Notes: generated by a model from the letters alone, not told the origin. Positions 46,606-55,043 are shown, counted from the stretch's first letter. The stretch: 64,000 nt of DNA from Pararhizobium sp. (GCA_017794825.1 CP051237.1:5317342-5381341), one strand, 5' to 3'. Numbers and translations: made by a program.

Positions 46606-47922
46606 ATGCAGACAAAGACGACAGGCGGATACAGCGCCGGCCTTGATGCGATCGAAACGGCGTCACGGGACGAGATTTCGGCGCTTCAGCTCAGGCGCAT
46701 GCGCGAGACATTGCATCGCGCCTACGAGCACTCGCCATTCTATCGGAAAAGCTTCGACGCGCATGGCGTTCATCCGGATGATCTCGGAACGCTCGAAGAT
46801 CTGTCGAAATTTCCCTTCACCGTGAAGCAGGACCTGAGGGACAATTATCCGTTCGGCATGTTCGCCGTGCCGCGGGAGAAGCTTGCGCGTCTCCACGCTT
46901 CGTCGGGCACCACCGGCAAGCCCACAGTGGTCGGCTACACGCTTGGCGATATCGACATGTGGGCGCAGATGGTCGCCCGGTCGATCTACGCCAGCGGAGG
47001 CCGTCCCGGCGATCTCGTTCATGTCTCCTATGGGTACGGCCTGTTCACCGGCGGGCTCGGCGCCCATTACGGCGCGGAGAAGCTCGGCTGCACGGTCGTG
47101 CCGATATCCGGCGGCATGACCGAGCGGCAGGTGATGCTGATCGACGATTTCAAGCCGCGCGTCATCATGGTCACGCCGTCATACATGCTCTCCATTCTCG
47201 ACGAGTTCCGTAATCAGGGCCTCGATCCGAGGGAAAGTTCGCTCAAGGTCGGCATATTCGGCGCCGAGCCCTGGACCAATTCCATGCGCGAGGAGATCGA
47301 AACGGCTTTCGACATGGACGCCGTCGATATTTACGGCCTGTCCGAGATCATTGGTCCGGGCGTCGCCAACGAGTGCGTCGAGACCAAGGACGGCCTGCAT
47401 GTCTGGGAGGATCATTTCTATCCGGAAGTCATCGATCCGGAGACGGGCAAGGTGCTGCCGGACGGCGAGATGGGGGAACTGGTGTTCACCTCGCTGACGA
47501 AGGAAGCCTTTCCGATCATCCGCTATCGCACCCGGGATCTCACGCGCCTGCTGCCGGGCACAGCCCGGTCGATGCGCAGAATGGAGAAGGTCACGGGCCG
47601 TTCCGACGACATGATGATCATCCGCGGCGTCAACGTGTTTCCGACCCAGATCGAGGAGCAGATCCTCAAATGCCGGATTCTTGCGCCGCACTACCAGATC
47701 GAGCTCACGCGGGACGGGCGGATGGACCGCATGGCGATCAAGGTCGAGGCGACAGGATCCGGTCTTGGCGCGCAAGACCGCAAGCAGGGAGCGGACGAGC
47801 TTCGTCATCACGTCAAGAGCGTCGTCGGGGTGACCGTCGAGGTCGAGGTGCTCGATCCGGGCGGCGTCGAGAGATCCGCCGGCAAGGCGCGGCGGGTCGT
47901 GGATCTGCGCGGCAAGCAATAG
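46606..47922 (+). CDS. paaK: Phenylacetate-CoA ligase
   Basis: 438 aa. HASSGTTGKPTVVGYT AMP-binding motif and the PaaK-specific N-terminus (LQLRRMRETLHRAYEHSPFYRKSFD). Confidence 0.93.
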   Translation: MQTKTTGGYSAGLDAIETASRDEISALQLRRMRETLHRAYEHSPFYRKSFDAHGVHPDDLGTLEDLSKFPFTVKQDLRDNYPFGMFAVPREKLARLHASSGTTGKPTVVGYTLGDIDMWAQMVARSIYASGGRPGDLVHVSYGYGLFTGGLGAHYGAEKLGCTVVPISGGMTERQVMLIDDFKPRVIMVTPSYMLSILDEFRNQGLDPRESSLKVGIFGAEPWTNSMREEIETAFDMDAVDIYGLSEIIGPGVANECVETKDGLHVWEDHFYPEVIDPETGKVLPDGEMGELVFTSLTKEAFPIIRYRTRDLTRLLPGTARSMRRMEKVTGRSDDMMIIRGVNVFPTQIEEQILKCRILAPHYQIELTRDGRMDRMAIKVEATGSGLGAQDRKQGADELRHHVKSVVGVTVEVEVLDPGGVERSAGKARRVVDLRGKQ

Positions 47923-47965
47923 GGCGGCGCTTGATCGCGCAGCTCTTCGCGGCGATAAGTGCGGC

Positions 47966-48868
47966 ATGAGCGAGTCTGCGCACAGCCATGTCGAACGTCT
48001 GATCGACGCCTTTCACGGGCAGGAGCGCATCCGCGTCTGGTCGCTGGTCATCACGATCTTCGGCGACGCCGTCAATCCGCGCGGCGGCGAGCTCTGGCTC
48101 GGCTCCCTGCAGGATTTGATGTCCCGACTGCGCGTCGAACCAAGCGCGCTGCGCGCCGCCATGTCGCGTTTGACCTCCGACGGCTGGCTGCTTCGTATCC
48201 GCGAGGGGCGTAACAGCTACTACCGCCTGGCCGAGGCCGGGCAGGCCGAGTTCGCCGAAGCGACGACCCGGATCTATGCGCCCGGTCCAGTTTCCTGGGA
48301 CGGTCTATGGACGATCATTGTGTCGAATGGTCCAAACGACCGGAAACGCGAGGCGCGCCGCTCGGCGTTGCAGTCCGCCGGTTTCGGCGCCCTGTCGCGA
48401 GGGCTGTTCCTGCGTCCTTCCGACGGCGCGGAAAAGATTGCCGCCCAACCGGACGAGTTCATCTTTTCGGCGCGCCTCCGGGAGGATTCCAATGTCGGCG
48501 CGTTGATCGCAAAAGCCTGGTCGGAGGTCGACGCGCAGCGTTCCTATGCTTCCTTTGCCCAGGATTTTCGCCCGCTCGAGGCAACGCTTCGCACCAGGAA
48601 CGATCTGGATCCGCTTTCGTCCATGGCCGTCCGGACACTGCTGATCCACGCATTCCGCCGCGCCGCCTTGCGCGATCCCAACCTGCCGCCTGAACTGACG
48701 CCGGACGCCTGGAAGGCGGACGAAGCCCGCCGGATTGCATCTTCGATTTACGGCGCCATCGCCGGGCCAAGCGAACGCTGGCTCGACGAATGCAAACGGT
48801 CCGGAGACAGGACGCTCGCCAGTCCCGAAATCGATATCAGTCGAAGATTTCGCGCCCCATCCGCCTAA
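47966..48868 (+). CDS. paaX: Phenylacetic acid degradation operon negative regulatory protein
   Basis: 300 aa. PaaX N-terminal wHTH ([15 protein letters not shown]...[14 protein letters not shown]) and the PaaX C-terminal domain. Confidence 0.9.
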   Translation: MSESAHSHVERLIDAFHGQERIRVWSLVITIFGDAVNPRGGELWLGSLQDLMSRLRVEPSALRAAMSRLTSDGWLLRIREGRNSYYRLAEAGQAEFAEATTRIYAPGPVSWDGLWTIIVSNGPNDRKREARRSALQSAGFGALSRGLFLRPSDGAEKIAAQPDEFIFSARLREDSNVGALIAKAWSEVDAQRSYASFAQDFRPLEATLRTRNDLDPLSSMAVRTLLIHAFRRAALRDPNLPPELTPDAWKADEARRIASSIYGAIAGPSERWLDECKRSGDRTLASPEIDISRRFRAPSA

Positions 48869-48871
48869 TTC

Positions 48872-48908
48872 GTTACGAAAACACCATTGAACTATTCTAT
48901 TTCGTAAC
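48872..48908. promoter_or_regulatory. 9-bp perfect inverted repeat with a 19-nt spacer over the paaA promoter (candidate PaaX operator)
   Basis: GTTACGAAA (48872-48880) and TTTCGTAAC (48900-48908). The right arm lies in the -35/-10 spacer. Confidence 0.45.
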
Positions 48909-48915
48909 ATATAAT
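48887..48915 (+). promoter_or_regulatory. Putative sigma70 promoter of the paaA operon
   Basis: TTGAAC (48887-48892), a 17-nt spacer, then TATAAT (48910-48915). The ATG is at 48943 after GAGGATGAGGAG. Confidence 0.6.
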
Positions 48916-48942
48916 GGTGGCGAGGATGAGGAGCACGCTTCC

Positions 48943-49938
48943 ATGTATTCGCAGGGATTGATTGGCGCTGACGGCCGTACCGACGAAGACGAAGCCTTTC
49001 TGCAGGCGTTTCAGGACCGGATTGACGCTGAACTGAAGATCGAACCGAACGATCCGATGCCGGAAGGCTATCGCAAGACGCTGGTTCGCCAGATTTCACA
49101 GCACGCACACTCCGAAATCATCGGCATGCAGCCGGAAGGCAACTGGATCACGCGCGCGCCGACGCTGCGTCGCAAGGCGGCGCTGCTCGCCAAGGTGCAG
49201 GACGAGGGCGGTCACGGTCTCTATCTCTATTCAGCCGCGGAAACGCTTGGCGTCAGCCGTGAAGAGATGACCGATCAGCTCCTGTCGGGCGCCGCCAAAT
49301 ATTCCTCCATCTTCAACTATCCGACGTTGACCTGGGGCGATATCGGCGCAATCGGCTGGCTGGTCGACGGCGCCGCCATCATGAACCAGATTCCCCTGTG
49401 CCGGTGCTCCTACGGTCCCTATGCGCGGGCCATGATCCGGGTCTGCAAGGAAGAGAGCTTTCATCAGCGTCAGGGTTACGAGATCATGATGACGCTCGCC
49501 CGCGGATCGGACGAGCAGAAGGCCATGGCCCAGGACGCGCTCGACCGCTACTGGTGGCCGTCGCTGATGATGTTCGGACCGTCCGAAGGAAGCTCCGTTC
49601 ACTCCAGCCAGTCCATGGCGTGGAAGATCAAGCGGTTCACCAATGACGAACTGCGCGACAAATTCATCAACGCCACCGTGCCGCAGGCCGAATATATCGG
49701 CCTGACCGTGCCGGATCCCGACCTCAAATGGAACGAGGAACGGCAGAGCTATGATCACGGCGAGATCGACTGGGATGAGTTCTGGCGTGTCGTGAAGGGC
49801 GATGGTCCCTGCAATCGCGAAAGGCTTCGCAATCGCAACCGCGTTCACGACGAAGGCGCCTGGGTGCGCGAGGCCGCGCTTGCGCACGCCGAAAAGCGCC
49901 GGGAACGTGCCGAAGCCGCAAAGATCGCAGCGGAATAG
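48943..49938 (+). CDS. paaA: 1,2-phenylacetyl-CoA epoxidase subunit A
   Basis: 331 aa with di-iron ligand regions ([31 protein letters not shown]). The track ORF start at 48790 would overlap paaX. Confidence 0.93.
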   Translation: MYSQGLIGADGRTDEDEAFLQAFQDRIDAELKIEPNDPMPEGYRKTLVRQISQHAHSEIIGMQPEGNWITRAPTLRRKAALLAKVQDEGGHGLYLYSAAETLGVSREEMTDQLLSGAAKYSSIFNYPTLTWGDIGAIGWLVDGAAIMNQIPLCRCSYGPYARAMIRVCKEESFHQRQGYEIMMTLARGSDEQKAMAQDALDRYWWPSLMMFGPSEGSSVHSSQSMAWKIKRFTNDELRDKFINATVPQAEYIGLTVPDPDLKWNEERQSYDHGEIDWDEFWRVVKGDGPCNRERLRNRNRVHDEGAWVREAALAHAEKRRERAEAAKIAAE

Positions 49939-49948
49939 GATTGCGGTC

Positions 49949-50404
49949 ATGCATCTGGCTGAACTGAATATCGGCAGAACCCGATACGATCTCGACGATC
50001 CGCGCATGGCGGATTTCGTCAACAGGCTTGATGCCGTCAACGCGCTTGCCGAACGCAGCAAGGGGTTCGTCTGGCGCCTGACCGATGAAGCGGGCGAAAC
50101 CGTCGCGCTGGAAAGCGATCCGCATGTGATCGTCAACCTTTCCGTCTGGGAAACGGCGGAGGACCTTGAACACTTCGTCTGGAACACGGTGCATCGCAAG
50201 GTCTATGGCCGTCGCGGCGAGTGGTTCGAGACGATGGGCAAGGCCCACTTCGTGATGTGGCGTGTCGAGAAAGGCTCAGTGCCGACGGTCGCAGAGGCGA
50301 TGGCTCGCCTTGAACATCTCCGACGACACGGCCCGAGCGATCATGCCTTCGGGTGGGAAGGCCTGCCGAATCTCAAGACCTGGTTTGAAAAACGCTGCGC
50401 ATAG
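49949..50404 (+). CDS. DUF3291 domain protein inserted between paaA and paaB
   Basis: ATG 49949 lies 10 nt after the paaA stop. 151 aa: MHLAELNIGRTRYDLDDPRMADFVNRLDAVNALAERSKGFVWRL. The stop is 10 nt before paaB. Confidence 0.75.
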   Translation: MHLAELNIGRTRYDLDDPRMADFVNRLDAVNALAERSKGFVWRLTDEAGETVALESDPHVIVNLSVWETAEDLEHFVWNTVHRKVYGRRGEWFETMGKAHFVMWRVEKGSVPTVAEAMARLEHLRRHGPSDHAFGWEGLPNLKTWFEKRCA

Positions 50405-50414
50405 GACAACGACG

Positions 50415-50699
50415 ATGAGCGAAACGACGCCACTTTGGGAAGTCTTCATCAGGGCGAGGAACGGCCTCAACCACAAGCACGCCGGTTCGCTGCACGCAGC
50501 CGATGCGGAGCTGGCGCTGCAAGCCGCCCGCGACGTCTATACCCGACGGGGCGAGGGCCAGAGTATCTGGGTGGTGCGCTCCAGCGACATCGTCGCTTCC
50601 GACCCTCAGGACAAGGACATGATGTTCGAGCCGACGGCGACGAAGATCTATCGGCATCCGACCTTCTATGAAATTCCCGACGAAGTGGGCAACATGTGA
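50415..50699 (+). CDS. paaB: 1,2-phenylacetyl-CoA epoxidase subunit B
   Basis: 94 aa. LWEVFIRARNGLNHKHAGSLHAAD...YRHPTFY is typical of PaaB. Confidence 0.9.
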   Translation: MSETTPLWEVFIRARNGLNHKHAGSLHAADAELALQAARDVYTRRGEGQSIWVVRSSDIVASDPQDKDMMFEPTATKIYRHPTFYEIPDEVGNM

Positions 50700-51451
50700 T
50701 GTCTGACGACCTGTTCCGGTATGTGCTGAGACTTGCCGACGACCATCTCGTACTTGGTCAGCGGTTGGGCGAATGGTGCGGCCAGGCCCCCAGCCTCGAG
50801 GAAGATCTGGCGCTCGCCAATATCGGTCTCGATTGTCTTGGTCAGGCGAGGGCGCTCTACACCTATGCCGGAAAGGTCGAAGGCAAGGGCCGCGACGAGG
50901 ATGCTCTCGCCTTCCTGCGTCCCGAAAGGGAGTATTGCAACGCGCTTCTCGTGGAGCAGGCGAACCGGGATTTTGCCTGGGCGATCGCCCGACAGTTCTA
51001 TTTTTCGGCGTTCATGCTCCCGTTCTGGCGCGCTATGGCCAAATCCGGTGACGATGATCTGCGCGCCATCGCGGCCAAGGCCGAAAAGGAAGTCGCCTAT
51101 CATCTGCGCCATTCCGCAGAATGGGTCATTCGTCTGGGAGACGGCACGGAAGAAAGCCGCCGACGCATGATCGAGGCGCTGGAAGAACTCTTCATCTACA
51201 CGGGCGAACTCTTTGAAATGGACGACGTTGCGCTCGCCATGGTCTCCGAAGGCGTCGGCGTCGACGCGTCTGATTTGCTCGACGAATGGCGGCGCACGGT
51301 TGACGGCGTGCTTGCCGAAGCGCATCTCGAAGCGCCCGACGCAGCTTACGCCCAGACAGGCGGACGCGCGGGACGCCACACCGAACATCTCGGGCATCTC
51401 CTGAGTGAGTTGCAATACATGCAGCGCGCCTATCCCGGGCTGGAATGGTGA
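50699..51451 (+). CDS. paaC: 1,2-phenylacetyl-CoA epoxidase subunit C
   Basis: About 250 aa. LRLADDHLVLGQRLGEWCGQAPSLEEDLALANIGLD. TGATG overlap with the paaB stop; a GTG at 50696 is also in frame. Confidence 0.9.
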   Translation: MSDDLFRYVLRLADDHLVLGQRLGEWCGQAPSLEEDLALANIGLDCLGQARALYTYAGKVEGKGRDEDALAFLRPEREYCNALLVEQANRDFAWAIARQFYFSAFMLPFWRAMAKSGDDDLRAIAAKAEKEVAYHLRHSAEWVIRLGDGTEESRRRMIEALEELFIYTGELFEMDDVALAMVSEGVGVDASDLLDEWRRTVDGVLAEAHLEAPDAAYAQTGGRAGRHTEHLGHLLSELQYMQRAYPGLEW

Positions 51452-51458
51452 GGATGCC

Positions 51459-51980
51459 ATGGGCGTTGTCGTCGCAGGTGCGCTGAACCCGTCGAATGTC
51501 CGCTCCCGTCGCGCCTGGGACGTGGCGGCTGCCGTGCCTGATCCTGAAATTCCGGTCGTCACCCTGGCCGATCTCGGGATCCTGCGCGGCGTCGAATGTA
51601 ACGACGACGGCGCCGTCATAGCCAGGGTCACGCCGACCTATTCCGGTTGTCCCGCCACGCGACTGATTGAACAGATGGTTCTTGAGGCGCTGAAGAGAGA
51701 CGGTTTCGAAAATGTACGGGTCGAGAGCGTGATGAGCCCCGCCTGGACGACAGACTGGATCACTGCGGAAGGCCGCGAAAAGCTGCGCGCCTTCGGCATC
51801 GCGCCGCCTGTGAAGTCTTCCAATTCGATACGCGCCCTCTTCGGCGAGACGGCGGTCAATTGCCCGTTGTGCGATTCCGGGGACACCGAGCGCATCAGCG
51901 AATTCGGTTCGACGCCCTGCAAGGCGCTTTACCGGTGCCGAACGTGCCTGGAGCCGTTCGACTATTTCAAATGCCTTTGA
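51459..51980 (+). CDS. paaD: 1,2-phenylacetyl-CoA epoxidase subunit D
   Basis: 173 aa. VPDPEIPVVTLADLGILRGV (MIP18/SufT-like) and a C-terminal Cys cluster CPLCDS...CKALYRCRTC. Confidence 0.88.
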   Translation: MGVVVAGALNPSNVRSRRAWDVAAAVPDPEIPVVTLADLGILRGVECNDDGAVIARVTPTYSGCPATRLIEQMVLEALKRDGFENVRVESVMSPAWTTDWITAEGREKLRAFGIAPPVKSSNSIRALFGETAVNCPLCDSGDTERISEFGSTPCKALYRCRTCLEPFDYFKCL

Positions 51981-51990
51981 GGATCAGGCG

Positions 51991-53076
51991 ATGGCGCAGT
52001 TTTACCCGTTGAAGATCAAGCAAATCGTTCGCGAAACGCAGGACGCCGTCTCCGTCAGTTTTGACGTGCCGGAGGAGGCAAGGGAGCGGTTTGTGTTCGT
52101 GCCTGGCCAGTATCTCACGCTTCGCGCCAAGATTGCGGATGAGGATCTGCGCAGAACCTATTCTATTTGCAGCGGAATCGATGATGGTGATCTGCGCGTG
52201 GCCATCAAGCGCGTGGATGGCGGCGTGTTCTCCGGATTTGCCAATGACAATCTCGAAGTGGGCATGGAAATCGATGTGATGCCGCCGCTGGGGCGCTTCA
52301 CGAACGAGGCTGATCCGTCCGCCCGCAACGAGTATGTGGCCTTCGCAGCAGGTTCCGGCGTCACGCCAGTGCTTTCGATCGTCAAGTCCGTGCTTACCCG
52401 TGAGCCCGCCAGCACCTTCACGCTGTTCTATGGCAATCGCGACCGCAATTCGGTGATTTTCCGCGAGGAACTCGAGGATCTGAAAGACCGGTTCATCGAC
52501 CGGTTTACGCTGGTGCATGTGCTCAGCCGGGAGGCGCAGGACGTCGATATTCTGCACGGACGCATCGATGCGGCCCGCATCCGGAAATTCGCGGAGAGCA
52601 AACTTTTCGATCCGCGTTCCGCCACAAAAATCTTCCTGTGCGGTCCTGGCGACATGATCGATGACGCGCGTCGGGTTCTGGAAGATCTGGGCGTGGAGCC
52701 GGATCGCATCCGGTTCGAATTGTTCACGCCGGCCGACGGAGGCGCTGCAGCGAAAAAAGGCGCGGTCACTCCGCCATCCGAGGCGCACAGCAAGGGCGTG
52801 GCTGTTGAAGCCGTCATGGACGGCGTACGGTCAACGTTCACGATGGAGGGCGCAGACGGCAATGTCATCGACGCCGCGCATCGCCAGGGGATTGAACTGC
52901 CCTATTCCTGCAAGGGCGGCATGTGCTGCACCTGCCGTTGCAAGCTGGTCGAAGGCAAGGTCGAGATGGCCGAAAACTACTCCCTCGAACCGTGGGAGTT
53001 GGACGCCGGCTACATCCTGTCCTGTCAGGCGCGACCGCTGACGGAAAAGGTCGTGCTGGATTTTGACGACGTGTGA
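51991..53076 (+). CDS. paaE: 1,2-phenylacetyl-CoA epoxidase reductase subunit E
   Basis: 361 aa. FNR-like FAD/NAD domains (RTYSICS, GSGVTP) and a C-terminal plant-type 2Fe-2S motif (CKGGMCCTCRC...C). Confidence 0.9.
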   Translation: MAQFYPLKIKQIVRETQDAVSVSFDVPEEARERFVFVPGQYLTLRAKIADEDLRRTYSICSGIDDGDLRVAIKRVDGGVFSGFANDNLEVGMEIDVMPPLGRFTNEADPSARNEYVAFAAGSGVTPVLSIVKSVLTREPASTFTLFYGNRDRNSVIFREELEDLKDRFIDRFTLVHVLSREAQDVDILHGRIDAARIRKFAESKLFDPRSATKIFLCGPGDMIDDARRVLEDLGVEPDRIRFELFTPADGGAAAKKGAVTPPSEAHSKGVAVEAVMDGVRSTFTMEGADGNVIDAAHRQGIELPYSCKGGMCCTCRCKLVEGKVEMAENYSLEPWELDAGYILSCQARPLTEKVVLDFDDV

Positions 53077-53181
53077 ACCGTCCGGCCTTTTGTGCAATCA
53101 ATAGAGGAAAATATCTGTCATTCAGCCTAAGGCTGAACTAGTCTCCGCGGTGGTCATAAACCCAGTGGAGCCCACGCAGAT

Positions 53182-53685
53182 ATGTTTTTCAAAAAATTCT
53201 TTGTCGCAATTGCCGTTCTTCTGATTTCCATTCCGCTTGCCCGGGCGCAAGCGCCGCAATCGTGCGAGCCGTTTACCGTTGTCGGTCACGCCAAGCGGAC
53301 CATGACATTTATCGATCTCGGCGAACCCGGGACCGGTCCGGGCGATGAGCGCATTGGCAAACGCGTCATCTACGACGCAAGCGATACTGAGATCGGCGTT
53401 CTCACTTGGGTCGTGAAAACCATCACAAACCCGACTGAGGACGAAGCCGGCGTAGGTCACTTCAGCGGACATTTCGAGTTTCCTGACGGCAGTATCAGTT
53501 ACCTTGGCATCCTGCGCACAAACTACCATGCCCACGAAACACGAGCCGCTTCGTTCGACAAATCCCAGGAGAACGCAATTCTCGGAGGGACCGGCATATT
53601 CACCGGAGCAGAGGGAACGATCGAATCCGCGCCTGAGGCCGATCGCAAGCGCATGGTCTACACCATAGACATTCGATGCGACTGA
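53182..53685 (+). CDS. Secreted hypothetical protein (167 aa)
   Basis: Classic Sec signal MFFKKFFVAIAVLLISIPLARA-QA. A GGTGIFTGAEGT motif near the C-terminus is reminiscent of dirigent/allene-oxide-cyclase-like barrels (weak). Preferred over the antisense ORF 53122..53904. Confidence 0.6.
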   Translation: MFFKKFFVAIAVLLISIPLARAQAPQSCEPFTVVGHAKRTMTFIDLGEPGTGPGDERIGKRVIYDASDTEIGVLTWVVKTITNPTEDEAGVGHFSGHFEFPDGSISYLGILRTNYHAHETRAASFDKSQENAILGGTGIFTGAEGTIESAPEADRKRMVYTIDIRCD

Positions 53686-53873
53686 CCGATTGGCAGATGA
53701 GATCTGATTGGACTCGGCCAGTCGAGATATGTGATCGCCTATACGAACGGTCGACCAGACAGGGTCTTTTTGGCGGTTTATCCGTCGATTAGGAATTCGG
53801 AGGTATGCGTGCTCCGGCAGTGCGAATAAGTTGACATGCATTCCGCCACGCGACAACCGGGTCGCAACGACGT

Positions 53874-54644
53874 ATGGGCAGGTGTGATATTCTATCCAAA
53901 GCATTGAAATTCATCATCTACGCTGTGGCAACGGTATTTTGTCTTATCGCGGCTTACATCGCGGCTGCGGCAATCGGAACCGTATGGCGGACGGCGCCGA
54001 CGGAAACGCTCAACGAACAGACGACGACGGCCTATGTGCTTTCCAACGGTTTCCACAGCGATATCGTTCTGCCTCTCAAAGGAGGAACGCTTCCGGTCGG
54101 CTTTCCGGAATTGCAACAGGATCTCGATGTGTCCCTCGCAAATAAGGATTATCTGATCGTTGGGTGGGGTTCGCAAACCGCCTACACCAGTCTTTTGGAA
54201 TTGTCTGATCTGACCGCCGGAATAATCGCAAAGGCGTTGTTCTTCGATCGTTCGGTTCTTCACATCCAGCCCTATTCCGGGTCATTGCAGGGACCCGGAG
54301 TCTATCGTCTGGAGCTTGACAGCGCGCAGTTCGATCAGCTTTGGAGCTTTGTCGGCCAGACATTTGTTGTCGACAGCAACGCGGCTCCGATGCTCATACC
54401 GGACGTCACGCACGGTTATGGGGACGTGTTCTATCGGGCGGAGCCTCGATTCAGCCTTTTCTACGGATGCAACGCCTGGGTCGGAGAGGCGTTGCGTAGC
54501 GCGGGGATATCATTCGGACGCTGGACGCCTTTCGCACAATCCATCGAATGGAATATGGAACGTCTGCAGCAAAATTCCGTGGCGGGGCCGGCGATTGACG
54601 TCGATCCTGCTTCAACAGAGATGCAGGCGACAAAGAACGAATAG
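53874..54644 (+). CDS. DUF2459 / TIGR02117-like membrane-anchored hypothetical protein
   Basis: 256 aa with an N-terminal TM. Motifs NGFHSDIVLP, VGWGSQTAY and FYGCNAWVGEALRSAGI. The family assignment is from memory. Confidence 0.65.
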   Translation: MGRCDILSKALKFIIYAVATVFCLIAAYIAAAAIGTVWRTAPTETLNEQTTTAYVLSNGFHSDIVLPLKGGTLPVGFPELQQDLDVSLANKDYLIVGWGSQTAYTSLLELSDLTAGIIAKALFFDRSVLHIQPYSGSLQGPGVYRLELDSAQFDQLWSFVGQTFVVDSNAAPMLIPDVTHGYGDVFYRAEPRFSLFYGCNAWVGEALRSAGISFGRWTPFAQSIEWNMERLQQNSVAGPAIDVDPASTEMQATKNE

Positions 54645-54675
54645 GGAACAAATTGATGCATCGCCGGCAGTTTTG

Positions 54676-54684
54676 TGTTATAGT
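54676..54684 (+). promoter_or_regulatory. Extended -10-like element (TGTTATAGT) pointing into the repeat array
   Basis: TG-N-TATAGT lies 32 nt after the DUF2459 stop codon. No good -35 element. Tentative. Confidence 0.25.
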
Positions 54685-54721
54685 GCCGCCGTTTCTACAT
54701 CCTGTGAAACGATCGTTCTTT

Positions 54722-55043
54722 TGGAGAAATCGTACGATTTTGCGAATTCCCGAAACAAAGCCAAACGCGCTCGGCGCAAGCAAATTTAGAACCCCGAGAG
54801 CACGGAAATTGCAAAATCCCGAAACAAAGCCAGTGAGGTCAGTACCCCGAAAAGAGTGAATTCCCGAAACGAAGCCAGACGGTTTTTGACAATTGCACGG
54901 TCGGAAATCTCGGAATCCCGAAACAAAGCCAACAGGGTCACAAGACCCGAAAATCGTGATTTCCCGAAACAAAGCCAGATTATGTATTCAGGTTCGCCAG
55001 GCGCTGGAAATCGGAGATCTACAGAATCCCGAAACAAAGCCAG
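54722..55043 (+). repeat. Array of six direct repeats with invariant 16-nt core CCCGAAACAAAGCCA(G/A) and degenerate hairpin-like 5' arms
   Basis: Cores start at 54749, 54818, 54863 (one A>G change), 54917, 54963 and 55028, giving spacings of 69/45/54/46/65 bp. Each core is preceded by (C/G)GAAA(A)T(C)-N2-8-GA(A/T)T(T/C). Unit 1 contains the perfect palindrome AAATCGTACGATTT (54727-54740). Confidence 0.9.

Noticed and set aside
43604-46666. Long antisense ORFs 43604..44860 (+) and 45344..46666 (-)
   Set aside because: They lie opposite the autotransporter passenger repeats and opposite paaG/paaI respectively. Both sense genes have strong family signatures, and the antisense translations are low-complexity.
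53122-53904. A 260-aa minus-strand ORF covering the gap after paaE
   Set aside because: It has no recognisable motifs, no signal or TM features, and no RBS. The plus-strand ORF 53182..53685 has a textbook Sec signal peptide. The strand choice still deserves a homology check.
54451-54972. A minus-strand ORF of 173 aa with a reiterated GFVSG motif, and short plus-strand ORFs with PETKP/SRNKA repeats, as possible repeat proteins
   Set aside because: The peptide repeats are simply translations of the DNA repeat. The ORF would start at a TTG inside repeat 5 and run antisense through the last ~190 nt of the DUF2459 gene. Repeats 5 and 6 fall out of frame, and stops interrupt every plus-strand frame. 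I keep it only as a remote alternative, because spacings 1-4 are multiples of three.
54722-55043. A CRISPR array, possibly degenerate or orphan, with the AT-rich tract at 55044-55094 as leader
   Set aside because: Only a 16-20-nt core is conserved, and the rest of each about 32-41-nt unit is degenerate. The inter-unit sequences are far too short and variable (about 12-37 nt). Spacing is irregular (45-69 bp). No cas genes are present in the window.
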